DNA from: Octopus sinensis
Taxonomy: Eukaryota
Direction: 5' to 3'
NCBI RefSeq assembly: GCF_006345805.1
Contig: NC_043005.1
Location: 6,448,001 to 6,512,000, forward strand
Length of the DNA: 64,000 nucleotides
This document shows, piece after piece, positions 14,496-28,070 of this stretch (position 1 is its first letter; every line of letters begins with the position of its first letter). The notes beneath the pieces are model-generated. The model was not told the DNA's origin, searched no databases, and was given only the letters and a program-made list of their open reading frames with translations. A program made the position numbers and the translations under genes.

Positions 14496-16204
14496 AAATC
14501 TGTCTGTCTGTCATTGTGTGTGTGTGAATATGTTTGTATTTATGCATATATACTGTATCTGCCAATATATATCAATATATTTGTATATATGTGTGCATGT
14601 GTATATATCTATATTTGTGTGTGTATACACACACACATACATGTATAAATGTTTATGCATAAAACAAATATATACATTTATATTTGCATGCATACGCATA
14701 CAAACGTGTATGTGTGTGTGTGTTTGCATGCGTGTGTGTACTTGTACATGTGTTAGTATAAATATGTAAATATATCTGCTTGTACAATGATATTCAACAC
14801 TGTCGAACGTGGGAAAAACTTTCGCTGTGGAAATAATCTCGGTAGAAACCATTCCTCATCGACAACATGTGTGAAAACACATTGGACTTTCAGTGACGTC
14901 ATCTGATCTTTGGGCCTATGTGTTTCTGCGTTGTTCCGCGTCATCAGCCACGAATACCGAATACGTTCTCCGCAGCGCTACCAAAACGATTGCTCTCGGG
15001 GACAGCAACGGCTGACAGTAAATATATGCTAGCGTGAGTGAAGCTTGGTTAAGCTGGAGTTAATGAAACACAGTCGTACGAAGCAGCAATGAATGGAATA
15101 TATGCATGTATATATTCATATGACAAATATGGCGACACTTCGAAGTCACAGTCACATTTTGAATAAATTTTAGTTCTACGAATTGATTTGTGTGTTCAGT
15201 CTGTTGATTTTTACATTTTACATTATTAAATACATTATTAAAAACACCCACATTATCATGTGTTCACATTCACGCACGCACGCACGCACGCACCCACGTA
15301 CACGCGCATACACACACGCACATACACACGCACATACATACATACACACACATAGATGCACATGCCTATATATTTTGTATGTAAAATGTATTTTGTATAT
15401 AAAATGTGTTTGTGTGTATAATATACATATATGTGTGCGTATGTGATATACATGTGTGTGTGTGTGTTGGTTTGCGTGTTTTTGTGGCCTGTCATTATTA
15501 ACTATAAATGAGCGGCCATATATCATATATTTCTTCTAAGCTCTGGGTGACTGTATTCCTGTCTTCTAATTTATTCCCCGATGCCATGTGCTGTTCGGTG
15601 GGAGTCCTTCCTTCAAAGATATTGGTGTCAAAACATATGATTAGAATGTAAGACATCGATATCAAATTTCAACAAAAATGACAAAAAAACAATGATTGTC
15701 GGTCGGTTTAGATTACAAAATGGCGTACCTCTAAAAATTATTTATATCCTTTACGCAGACATTATGTCTAAGTGGCACCTCGTCGAGTCGTTTGGGTGCC
15801 AACCAAACCAAATGAATGCTATGTCGATTGCTCATACCCATCTTTCTGTTCTTCGCAAAACAAACTTCATTTACAACGACCAAACTGCTAACCATTTTCT
15901 TCCAATGAATCCTTATTCCAAGTGGTTCGATCCTCAGGAATTCCACCCTGCTTACGTTGTTGTTGTTGGTGATATTGGTGGTGGTTTCGTTGATATTCTC
16001 CCCAAGTTCGGTCCTGCTTGATCAGAGCTTCGATTTATGGCGTTCCTCTCGTTTGTAACCTATGAGATTTATTTCAGGCATAAAGTGTCTAGAATTATAT
16101 TATCCAATACGTAGCTTCATTTTGGTTGATGGTAGGGTGCGATTTAAGAATTTTTAGAAATATATCATATACAAATGTGTGTATGTGTGTGCGTGTGTGT
16201 GTGG

Positions 16205-16468
16205 AGGACTCTCCCGTCGGAGACGACGAATCGGCGTTCAGCTTTTTTTCGAATGACCTTCACAAATGAATCGTTTATAGCGATCAAATCTTCCTGCTGC
16301 GCATAATCTCACTCCCTCCATCAAATTGACGTTGCCTGAACAGGTGCGGTGATCGCAGAGCAATGAGATGAAGTGGTTTGCTCAAGAACACAACACATCA
16401 TCCGGTCTAGGAATTGAAACCACGATTTCACGATCGTGAGTCCAGCTTAACCACTAGGCCATACGCCA

Positions 16469-16471
<3 letters not shown>
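16205..16471 (-). mobile_element. tRNA-derived SINE (different family)
   Basis: Minus-strand head gtgatggcgtatggcctagtggttaag...cgtggtttcaattcctagacc. Confidence 0.7.
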
Positions 16472-16522
<51 letters not shown>

Positions 16523-16614
16523 TAATCAATTTAGGGTAGCAAAAAATTCAATAGAAATTATTTTGCCACCAGCAGTCTAGTGAGAAAGAGGAAATAGTCA
16601 AAGACTATGAATAA

Positions 16615-16958
16615 ATTCAACAACAATTGAGGAACGGCTACAATAGGCCGTTCGACCCACTAGAAATAGCAGCCAGGGCTCCAACCGCAAATAGTAGTAA
16701 TTCCGAAATGTAAGGAAAAATTAAAAAAACATTTTGCCTTTTGGAAGATTGACTTGATTAAGTTTAATTTAATTTAATTAGGCTGGTTTACCATTAAAAA
16801 AACGCCGAAACAATGCATTGTCTAAAGATGAACAGGGTAAATGTTTTTTTAATTTTTCCTTACATTTCGGAATTAATACTATTTGCGGTTGGAGCCCTGG
16901 CTGCTATTTCTAGTGGGTCGAACGGCCTATTGTAGCCGTTCCTCAATTGTTGTTGAAT
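16615..16958. repeat. 120-bp inverted repeat (16615-16734 / 16839-16958), one mismatch
   Basis: Direct reverse-complement comparison. Confidence 0.9.
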
Positions 16959-16977
16959 ATATATATATATATATATA

Positions 16978-18275
16978 CTAGCAGAGATACCCGGCGTTGC
17001 CCGGTTACATTCAATTGAAGAATTAGACTTTTCTGTTATATCTTCTGTAATGAACTGGAATATCTGTTTCGAATTTCATCAAAATTGCAGATGAGGGTTA
17101 TTTCCCTCTTTACACACCCTAAAAAAATTATAATCGTGCCACATATATCCCATACTACTGATTTTTATGTGCATATTCCTAAATTCCAGTCTCATCGAAC
17201 CCGTTAAAAAGATTTTGCTCCTGAAAAATGAAGGTCATGGAGCTCTAAAATGTGAGAGTTAAGGCCCCTGTTGGGGGTGGGCATCTTAATGTCAACCAGA
17301 GAAGTTGAATTGTTGAGAATCTTTTTAACTTGGGTCTTATATCTATTGCTTGAATTTCTTTAAAATAGGAAATATATGTTCACCGGGTTTGTAAAAGAGA
17401 ACAAAGCTACAGGAAACCAAAAGACGAATGATCACAATAAGCAGTTAGTTACCATGCCCTAGTCGTTACCACTCCCAATGTAGGATTCCTCACCATTCAG
17501 GTGACAGGCACAGCCGTAAGATGCATTACGAATCTATAGCAATTGGAAGAGCGTGACCCAACTGAAATAAACATTAACAACTGTGTGACATGAGGGCTAA
17601 GGAGAAATGAAAGTGTCACCTCTGGAGTTTGCAAATGACCACTATACTGATACATAACTGGACAGAATAAATTTAAAATCTATAAATGGCTTTGAATAAC
17701 CAGTCACTCATCTGGGAAGGCCTTGTAATCAATGGTACCATCTGGGGACTATGTGTGACCGAGTAATAATAAAAAGACTGAAAGGAGGTCTGCAATCAAA
17801 TAACTTTACTCAACACTTTGCAACTGAATCAGTTAGGCAAAGATGCCTCTCATTTACTTGACAAATTTATGCACCACATTGCAGAAATCACAATGTAAGT
17901 GTATGTCAAAGCAAACTGTTACACTGTTGTACCATTGAATTAGAAATAATGCCCAACTTTTATGCTCGGGTAACCCTACAGCTTCCAAGAGCACAACTGT
18001 ATTCGTTTTTGCTTTGATAAAATGACAAAATTGTGGATGTTAAGTCCCCATAACTTGTATGAAGATGGAATTTTATAAATATTACTTCATTTGTGTGTAA
18101 TATCTATGGTTAAAATTTCATCAACAGCAAAAAGATATGAATTGTCATGGGGGTTATGGCCCTTATGCATAGAATATAATTTCCAAATTTCATAAAGATC
18201 CATTCAGTACTTTTGACCTAGTTTTGGATCATAAAAGAAATGACTAAAATTTGGGAGTTAAGTCTCCCATTAGGG
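16978..18275 (-). mobile_element. Helitron-like non-autonomous element; far boundary approximate
   Basis: Minus-strand 3' end has the GC hairpin ccgggcaacgccggg then CTAG|T; the same terminus occurs at 60761-60788; (TA)n on both sides. Confidence 0.5.
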
Positions 18276-18294
18276 TGTTATATATTATATATTT

Positions 18295-18327
<33 letters not shown>

Positions 18328-18422
18328 TATTATTATATATGTGTGTGGTGTGTGTGTGTAAAATAATACAAACTGGGACAAGAACGCAAAACATTTAGAA
18401 GACGATACAAAAAAGCACATAT

Positions 18423-18515
<93 letters not shown>

Positions 18516-18635
18516 GGGATAGATATAGATATAGATACACACACACACACACATACAAAGATAAATTGATAGATACAACTGAGTGGGCAAACAAAAATAT
18601 GAGACACTGCCTAGTGCTTTTTTATTTTGATAAGC

Positions 18636-18938
18636 CTGGTACTTATTCTATCAGTTTCTTCTTGTGAAACCAGTAAGTTATGGGGATGTAAATAAACGAT
18701 CACCAGTTGTGAAGCAGTGATGAGGGAGAAACACAAAGACACACACATAGACTTACATATATACATACATATTCATACAATTGATTTCTTTCAGTTTCTG
18801 TCTACAAAATCCACTGACAAGGCTTTGGTTGGTCTGAGACTATAGCAGTAGACACATGCCAAGTTACCACAGAGTGGGACTGAACTGAGGACCATGTGTT
18901 TTGGAACCAAGTTTGTTACCACAGAGCTACACCTGCAC
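18636..18938 (-). mobile_element. SINE family A, diverged
   Basis: Reverse-complement similarity to 1974-2300. Confidence 0.7.
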
Positions 18939-19164
18939 TTATGTATGTGTGTGTGTGTGTGGATGGGTGGGTGGATCGGTGTCTGTGTGTGTATGTGGGT
19001 ATGGGTGTATATATGTATGCTTTATCTATGTGTACATATTACATATACATCTATATATACATCTAGACATACATGTATATCTATAGAAATACATCTATAA
19101 ATATACAGCTATACATATACATCTATATATATACATGTATATATATATATATTATATATATATG

Positions 19165-20045
19165 CAGGGTTTCCCTAAAAATGTATACACACTTTGAATA
19201 ATTGTAAAGTAGGTGTTTATTAAAATACATTTCATTTTCAAAATTGATAGAATCTAAAGACATTATTTTATTGTTTTGTCAACGCTTGTTTTCAAACTGA
19301 CGTCCATTCTGGTCCAGGCACTTTTGGCAACGCAAAAGAATGGAATCGCCAACATCACGAAACAATTCGTTCGGTATTTGTGTGCATTCTCGTTCAGTGG
19401 CTGCTCTCAAATCAAAGGTTGTTGCAGGTTTCATAGTGTAGACTTTGTCTTTTAGGTATCCCCATAAAAAAAAGGCTAGTGATGTGTGGTCTGGTAAACA
19501 TGGAGGTTATTCAACGAAACCCCTTTGTCCAATCCACCTGTTTGGCAGGAAGGATCTAACATAGCGATTGTAGTGTGGGGGTGCCCCATCTTGCTGAAAA
19601 TAAAATTCCTCATCTTGAAAGTCTTCTCTAATGCGTTGGACAGACGGTTTTGGAATACCTACCTCATGACTCGCTTGCTGCACAGATTGTCTTGGACTTC
19701 GATGATACGTTTCCAATACTCCTTCTTGCTTTGTGGGCGTTGTTGTTGTTCGTGGTCTTCTGGACTGCTTCTCGTGGAAATTCTGAACAGTCTGATCGGC
19801 ATCAAAGGATCTCTAATTCGATTGATGGTAAGTCACGTTGGTGGATCTGTTTGAAACTCCCTCCTAAACTGTCTTTGCACTTCAACTGCGTTTTCACACA
19901 TCCAGTAGCATTTTAGAATGAATTTCCTTTGTTCCAAGCTTAGTCTGACTGCCATCATTAATTACAATGGATTTCATCTGAAAAGAAAAAACATCAATTG
20001 AGTTATCAGCTACTAAGATGTATATACATTTTTGGGGATACCCTG
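19165..20045 (-). mobile_element. Internally deleted Tc1/mariner-superfamily transposon with TIRs
   Basis: TIRs cagggtttccctaaaaatgtatac / gtatatacatttttggggataccctg; remnant MAVRLSLEQRKFILKCYW...FYFQQDGAPPHY...FLWGYLKDKVY. Confidence 0.85.
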
Positions 20046-21149
20046 TTAGATATATATATATATATATTATATATATATAATATATATATATCCATCATCT
20101 ACATCATCTCTCTCTCTCTCGTCTCTCTCTCTCTCTCTCTCTCTCTCTAAATATATATATATACACACATGTATATGTTTGTGTATGTTGTGTACATATA
20201 TGTATATGAATATATATGTACATATATGCATGTCTATGTGTGAATACATGCATGCATACAAACATACATACAGGGTGGATGTTGACTCGTGGCCGAGTAA
20301 CCCCACTTCTTGAACTCATTTCATTCCAAGAAACGCTTTACCTTTGCTTTCGTTATCGCTGACACCTCATACGGCTCTTAAGGGCTGCAAGTCTTCGCAC
20401 TATGATTACACTTTAGTTTCCCAGCAGCAGCCAGAATCTCCGGATGTTGGGCTTTATAATGTTGCCTGTGTCCACTGGCCGATCTACACACTTTGTTACT
20501 CAAAATGTGCGACAGATTCATACAATGAGAGTTCTCCATCCAAGAGATTAGTGTCAAAATTAGTAATATTGCAATTATTATCAAATCGACGTGCCACGTA
20601 ACAACACTTTCATTGTTTTGTTTTCCGCCCAGGTTTTTCCTGCATGAGGAGAATGGAGTTGTTCAAATAAAACACATTAGACCTTAGTCATTATGGCTAG
20701 AATTATACAGACAGCTTGGCTTGAACATCCCTAGATTATGAGACACCAGACTGCAGCCTCCCAATCCTGTAGATAAATCCAGCAACATCTTACAGATGTT
20801 GTCGATTTTGAAAGTCCTACAGTTTTTTGTATTAAACACTTGTAGTAAGCAAATTGGGAGCTCCAGTGTATATAAATAGATTGGTTACTTATTTCTCTGG
20901 GATTGATCATGCGATGTAGACACCTTTGATGATACCATTATAAAGGTTGAAAATCGATTTAGGCTGTCCATCTTTTTCTTTTCTTTTTCTTTTCTAAATC
21001 AACGGAGAAATAGATAAATTTGCCATGTCAGTGAGTCTACAATGTAAATTTATATCTATCATATCATGAAACTATGTGGACTGGGTTTTCCGTTCACTGA
21101 CCTCTGATATTAAATAATCTTTTCTATTATAGGCACAAGGCCTGGAGCT

Positions 21150-21265
21150 TTTTGGGGAAGGAGACTAGTCGATTACAGAGTTTCGCTAGTACTTAATTTA
21201 TCGACCGCGAAAGGATGAAAGGCAATGTCGACATCAGCGAAATTTGAACTCAGAACGTAGCTCAA
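21150..21265 (-). mobile_element. SINE family B fragment
   Basis: Reverse complement of gttctgagttcaaatt..gtcgac..tgcctttcatcc..ggtcgataaattaagtac. Confidence 0.7.
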
Positions 21266-21862
21266 ATTCCGCGGATGTCTTAAACACATATAGCATACAA
21301 ATTCCATTACATTTGATGAGTATGTAAACGGATTGGCTACTAGTTTCTCTGGCAATACTCAACCGCTGTATACACCTGATGAAACCAACCCCAGCAACAG
21401 TCGAAAATTGATTATGCTTGTTCTACGGAGAAATAAGGAAATTTTACATATTTGTATGTCCGTTACGTAGGCTTACATATTTTCACTAATACGAAATGGT
21501 TGACGAAACATTGGAATCTATTCTTCCATTTATGAAGTTGCATTTGCTATTAATGCCACTAAAAGTGGGGCTAAATCTAATAACGTCTCATTTTATATGT
21601 TGACTATTAACATATGTTAAATATTAAATATTAAAACTTATTTGCATATTTAAAATATTAAAAATGAACATTTTTGTAAGTTTTGACATATTAATTACCC
21701 CACAAGTATTTAGTTCCCTTCTATTTGTTAAATAGTCTAAAACATAAACAAACATCCCACACACACAAACACGCAGCCTTCATTCCCTATGTATCTAACT
21801 TTCACACACAGGCACATACTCTCGCTTTCTCTCTCATAAACACACACATCCTCTGATTCACA

Positions 21863-21962
21863 NNNNNNNNNNNNNNNNNNNNNNNNNNNNNNNNNNNNNN
21901 NNNNNNNNNNNNNNNNNNNNNNNNNNNNNNNNNNNNNNNNNNNNNNNNNNNNNNNNNNNNNN
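21863..21962. other. Assembly gap (100 N)
   Basis: Run of N. Confidence 1.
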
Positions 21963-22214
21963 ACATATATTTGCGGCCTTTGAAACATGTGTAGAAAATA
22001 AAAAGGAATTCTGTAGCATATTCGTTCAGCTCCATTTCTTCCCTTCACTAAATATATCAAACTTCAATTATCCGCGCTAAGGCACGGTTGCGACACCCCA
22101 AGGTCGTAACTTCAACCGTGTCTTTTCTGTTGTGATTTTTTGCTACCCAGGTATCGGTTAAAATTTTGAATAATCCTTAACAAGGTAATTCATTTATCCA
22201 TTTCATAACTATAT

Positions 22215-22341
<127 letters not shown>

Positions 22342-22982
22342 CCTATATATATATGTGTGTGGTGTGTGTCGCGTATTTGTATAGTAATTAAAGGGAAGCG
22401 GACAATGTAAATCGAAGGCAGGAAGAATATCTCAAGTCATTTACAATATTTAATTTGAAGTCCTCCAGTCGTTTCTCGGATATCCCACGTGACAGGCTAG
22501 CATGTGCGTACACTGAGTATTCCAACATCAGAGACTATGCGGGTATGTAAGAAACTTCTAGACAGGGAATTTCACAAGTTAAAAGGTATGAAATGGGAAA
22601 TAGAAGAATATCAGTAGATAGAAGAATACAGAGAGGAGAATAATGTTCACAGCACATCCTTTTCCAGAGGGTAGGGACGTAAGTTCGCACCTCGATGAAG
22701 TACTTGAGATACCCTCGCTGCCTTGATTTGTGTTGTCCTTTTTCTTCTAATTAATATAGACCAGCTAACTCAGACGCCTAACACGGGTCTCTAACTCCAG
22801 CCTCAGATGTGAAATTGGAACGTAACGGATTATCGAATATAGCACTTTGTCAGCGTATCTATTCGTTTAGATCACCAAGGAATTACAGACATATATACAT
22901 ATATATTAATATTATATCTATGTATATGTACACGTATACACTTATACCCACACACATGTATGAGGCTTGCTACCCAAACACA

Positions 22983-23040
<58 letters not shown>

Positions 23041-23051
23041 GATATAATATA

Positions 23052-24965
23052 TACTTTGATACTTTGATACTTTGATACTTTGATAGGTTTCGGCCATTAT
23101 TGGCCCAGGCCATGTCTAACTTAATAGCACCACCTGGTGAAGTCTTTCAAGTCAGATTTGGGCACTATGGCCCACTCAAGTAGAGAGTTATTGTTTACAG
23201 AGACATATCCGGGTGTAGGGGGTTATCCGGGATTCTTGAAGGAATCTGTCCAAAGACTTCTTGAACCCTATAGGGTCAGTTTCTGTTTTTAATGTGTTTT
23301 GGTGTAATGTTAAAGAGAGCGGGGCAATTGAGGTGAAATAATGTGCCGTATTGTTGTTATGAGATGAGAGTGCGATTTTTGTTTTGGGCGGATGGCACGG
23401 GGCCCAAGCCTTGGATGTACCTTAAAGGTGATGCCAACATCATTTGGGCAATGCTGATGGAATAATTTTCCACATCATGCAGATGATGTAGCGCTCACGA
23501 CGACGTTGGAGAGAATAGAGAGTTTTAGCTTTTCTAGTCCCCCAATAGTCGAGGCCTGTCATGCCATCTATCTTTTTTTGTGATTGCCCTTTGAGGTGCT
23601 TCGACTTTATGATACCTTGTATTGTGTGGGGAGACCACAGTGGACAACAGTATTCAAGGTGGGGTCGGGCAAAAGTGGAGAAGAGAAGGATAATGGTGTG
23701 GATATCTCTCGACTGGAAAGTTCTGAGAATCCAGGAACACATTCTGCGGGCCATGTCAACTTTGGTGTTTATAGTGGCCCAGCTTACGTTGTTGTCCACA
23801 ATTCTCCCAAGTCTCTGATGTTGTTGGACGCCGTGAGAGTTTCACCTGAAGGAAGGGAGTATGGAGTTTCAGGCATCCTCTTTTCCAAGTGGATTAGCTC
23901 AATTTTATCCTCGTTTCAGCAGCATATTGTTTTTTTCTGCCCATTGGATACAGCCAGTAGATCTGACTGAAGCATGTCCGGTCACTCGCCTCATTTATGA
24001 CCTTCTGTAGCTTGGATCATCTGCAAAGATTTTTATGTTGCTGTGCTTGATGATGTCATTAATGTCATTAATGTAAATGATGAAAAGAAGTGGGCCCAGC
24101 ACAGTGCCTTGCGGAACGCCACTACTGACTTTGGCTGGGCTTGATTTTACCCCTTCAACTACAACATGTTGAGATCTGTCTGTCAGGAAACACTTAATCC
24201 ATTTCAGTAACTTTCAGAGACACCAATGTTGGATAGTTTTTTCAATAGGATCTTGTGATCGACCCTGTCGAAGGCCTTACTGAATCAAGGTAGATGACAT
24301 CGGTGTTGGAGCCCCCTCCAAAGCTCTCAAAATGTCCTCAAAGTGATGCAGGAGCTGCGTTAGGCAGTCCCTTCCATTACGGAACCCATGTTGGTTGGAG
24401 ATCAGCCGTCTGTTGCTTTCCAGAAATTGGGTTATTTGAGATCTCACCACCCTCTCAAATACCTTGATGATATGAGAGGTGAGTGAGATCGGACGGTAAT
24501 TCACTGCAAGGGACTTGTTTCCCTTTTTGAAAACTGGGACACCAGACTGGGACAGAAGGTTTTTTTGGAAATAGCAGCATCCCAGTGAGTTTCTCCACAG
24601 ATTAGCAAGGGGAGATGCAAGTTGGTGTCGACACACCTTCAGGACACAAGCAGGGAACCTATCGGGGCCTACTGCTGAATTGTGTTTTATTTCGTTTATC
24701 GCCGCTAAGACATCAGGGGCACTAAACGTTATGTCCGATATAGTTGTTGGGGGTTGACATCACTGATACAGCCCAGATCGGCCATATCAGGATTGCTGAA
24801 AACAGAGCAGTATTGTTTCTGCAGTATCTCGGCCATGGATTTGGCATTATCTTGGAGAGTGCCAGTTTCGTCAATTAGAGGGCCTACAGTGGAGACAGTG
24901 ACCCTGCGTTTCCTCGCAATGAAAAGAACACTTTGGGGTTGAGTTGATTTTTTAATGGCCCACTT
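23052..24965 (-). mobile_element. CR1/L2-group LINE: RT core to 3' end, frameshifted, with (ATCAAAGT)4 tail
   Basis: VFKKGNKSLAVNYRPISLTSHIIKVFER...HGFR; YLDFSKAFDRVDH; SGVPQGTVLGPLLF; FADD; RPHLEYCCPLWSP; tail at 23052-23083. Confidence 0.92.
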
Positions 24966-25341
24966 CTCCTCAGCTGATCTTTGGTTATTGATATATGTAT
25001 ATATATATATATACATATGTGTCATCATCAACAAACGTTCAACGTCCGTTTTCCGTGCTAGCAAGTCATATGTATGTGTATATGTAGATTTTTATATATA
25101 TATATATATATAGAATATATATATATATATAACTATATGTATACACTCACATGCATATATATATAATATATATATAGTCATAGATATAGATAATATATAC
25201 ATACATATTTATATATTATTATATATATATAATATATATATATATATATAATGTGAAATAGAAAGATGAATAATCTTGTATAGATTAATCAACAGTTTAA
25301 CCGATACCTTAGTAGCAAAAATCACAGCAGTAAACACAGCG

Positions 25342-25402
<61 letters not shown>

Positions 25403-25657
25403 AATGAGGAATCAGATCGGATAGTTCATATTTATAGATATTTATTTATATATTATTTTTTACATATTTATCTATCATATCATTCAGATCATATCATTCG
25501 GATTATTAGCGCTTTCTCCCAATCCAGTGAGGTTTTCAAATCAAATCAATTCCTTTTTGGGGAATTTGAACATTTTATAGAGTTTCGTAGCAGTGGGGAG
25601 GAATAAGACAGTATAAGAGGGTGAGGAGGAAGTGAGACAGAGAAAACATGTGTGTAT

Positions 25658-25745
<88 letters not shown>

Positions 25746-26105
25746 TTGTATCTGAGAGGGAAGAAGAAGTATTTCCGTTGGCCTGCTGGACCCCCTATGG
25801 TTTTCTAAGAATTTTGGTTCTCCGTCTATTCTGGTGTCACTGAGTGTGTGTTGTGGGTAGGCTGGCCGAACCAATGTCATTTGGGGTCATACTTTCTACG
25901 ATCGTTTTGTGGAGGTGTGTGTGTGTGTGTGTCTCTGTGTGTTTGGGGAAGAGGAGAGAGACAAAAAGAGAAAAGGGAAAATAAAAATAAAAATAAATAT
26001 AAAAATAAAAATAACAAAATAATTAAAAAAATAATAAAAAAATAAAAAATAAAAAAGTAAATAAAAATAAATAAAAATAAGGAAGGAATATATATATATA
26101 TATAT

Positions 26106-27245
26106 GACTTCCTGAAAGATAGGAGTCAGGCAGTAGTGGTTAATTGAGCCACCTCTATGAACACAAAAATAGTGAGCGGTGTTCCACAGGGTACTGTCTT
26201 GGGACCACTGCTTTTTATAGTGGCCCTCTCAGATATGCCCTCAAATTCCCGGATAGCCACTCTGGCCAGCTATGCCGACGATACGTAAGTCTCGCAGAAA
26301 ATACAGAACCCCAGCGATGTTGCACGCCTGCAGCAGGAGTTGGACTCAATCTACAGATGGGCTGAGGATAATAATATGCAGTTTAATGCTGAAAAATTCA
26401 AGGCCCTGCGCTACCAGCATCCAAAACTGAATATTAAACTTACAGGATACACAGGTCCACAGGGAATTTCAATCCCAGAGCCTAAGTCTGTGAGGGACCT
26501 GGGTATCGACATGAGTGATGATATCTCTTTCCAAGTGCACATTACCAGAATGGCGACAAAGTGCAGACGACTGGCTGGCTGGATCCTAAGAACATTCAGA
26601 CCAGAGATAAGGAAGCCATGATGGTCCTCTGGCGGACATTCGTCCTCAGTTTCTTGCCTGATTACTGCTCACAGCTATGGTCACCCACCAGTGTAAATTA
26701 ACAGCAGACCTTGAAGCAATCCAGAGAAGATTCACAAAGAAGATCGTCTCTTTGCAACAGCTCAACTACGGGAAAGGTTGAAACAGCTAAGACTCTACTC
26801 CCTGGAGAGAAGACGGGAGAGGTATGCAGTGATATATGTCTGGAAGATCCTGAAGGAATTGTGCCAAATTTTGTCATTGTAAGCTACACCAATGCTAGAA
26901 CGGACGACACTGCATAGTGCCAAAGATCCCAGCAATGCCATCACGCTTCAGGACCAGCTTCTGCAACAGCCTCGGTTTCAAGGGCCCACAGCTTTTTAAT
27001 ATTCTCCCAAAGTCGAGGAACTTGCACAAGTAGATGTAGCGGTTTTTAAATCAAAGCTGTACACCTTCCTGTCAGAGTCCCAGATGAACCTACCTCACGG
27101 CAAGAGGTGCAAATGAGAGTCGCTGTATCAAACTCCATTCTTCACCAAGTGCCACATATTAGACGAGGTTCGTCGTAATAACAGTGTAGCACAAAACGGC
27201 GGTGCATCAGCATGGCCGCAGCTCTGAGCTGAAACTAGAAAAAAA
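26106..27245 (+). mobile_element. CR1/L2-group LINE, 5'-truncated, with intact 3' end
   Basis: SGVPQGTVLGPL, YADDT, MQFNAEKFKAL, VRDLGIDMSDD, GWILRTF; ends in ggcggtgcatcagcatggccgcagctctgagctgaaactag-A-rich. Confidence 0.9.
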
Positions 27246-27332
<87 letters not shown>

Positions 27333-27382
27333 AATCACTTAGCATATAAGAGGAGAGAAAGAATAATTAGAAGGCTTCACAC

Positions 27383-28070
27383 CAAGGTTGCCAATTTAGC
27401 ATATTTATGATAGATCTAGCATTATTTTTTCAACATTTAGCAGAAAGTTTTTGAATTTAGCATTTAGCAGGGAAAATGGCAGATTTAAAATTTTATTTAG
27501 AATTTTTCTCTGATCATGACATTATCTCAATAGTTACCCTTTTTTCATCTTTTTCTTCGTTTTCTACTTTCGTTAATTTATCTTATAGCCAAATTTTAGT
27601 ACTATCGGTTATTGTTAAATTTCTTTTTCGCTTTCTTGAAGCTTCAAATAAAAATTTTTCATAGGGATCTTTATCAAGTTATGAACTTTTCCAGCTCCTC
27701 CGCCTCCATCGATGGCACATACATCTTTCAGTAAGTTATCTTTAGAAATACGTGATGTAGATGGCATTGAAGATGTCTTAAACATTTAATTAGTGAAACC
27801 GAATTTAGATATAAAACTTTCACTGGCTATAGGAACCAACAATGCTAGAGTAATGACAGGAATCAACAATGGTGTTTTCCAGAAATTAAAAGACGTTCCA
27901 TCATTACTTCTATTTAGGAGGGTATGTCATTCATTACAGTTGGCAGTATCCCACACTTGTACTGAAATTTAGCATAAAATTATGATTTTAAGTTGGTTAG
28001 ACTGCTTCAAACATACGGTATTCAGTTTCATAGAGTAAAACAATTCACATTGCTGCAGCAATAAGCTTCA
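27383..28070 (+). mobile_element. hAT-like transposase remnant
   Basis: LAIGTNNARVMTGINNGVFQKLKD...VCHSLQLAVSH (degenerate TDNA and CxxH motifs); caaggttgcc TIR-like start. Confidence 0.6.

Noticed and set aside
14912-14950. Hammerhead-like CUGAUGA-CGCG..CGCA-GAAA (minus)
   Set aside because: Stem I and stem III do not pair; at best a decayed copy
21376-21410. CUGAUGA...GAAA (plus)
   Set aside because: No stem II complementarity
21737-22060. ORFs spanning X residues
   Set aside because: Artefacts of the 100-N assembly gap
22460-22536. Degenerate hammerhead (CUGAUGU...GAAACGAC, minus)
   Set aside because: A9 and the NUH triplet are both mutated and stem II has several mismatches
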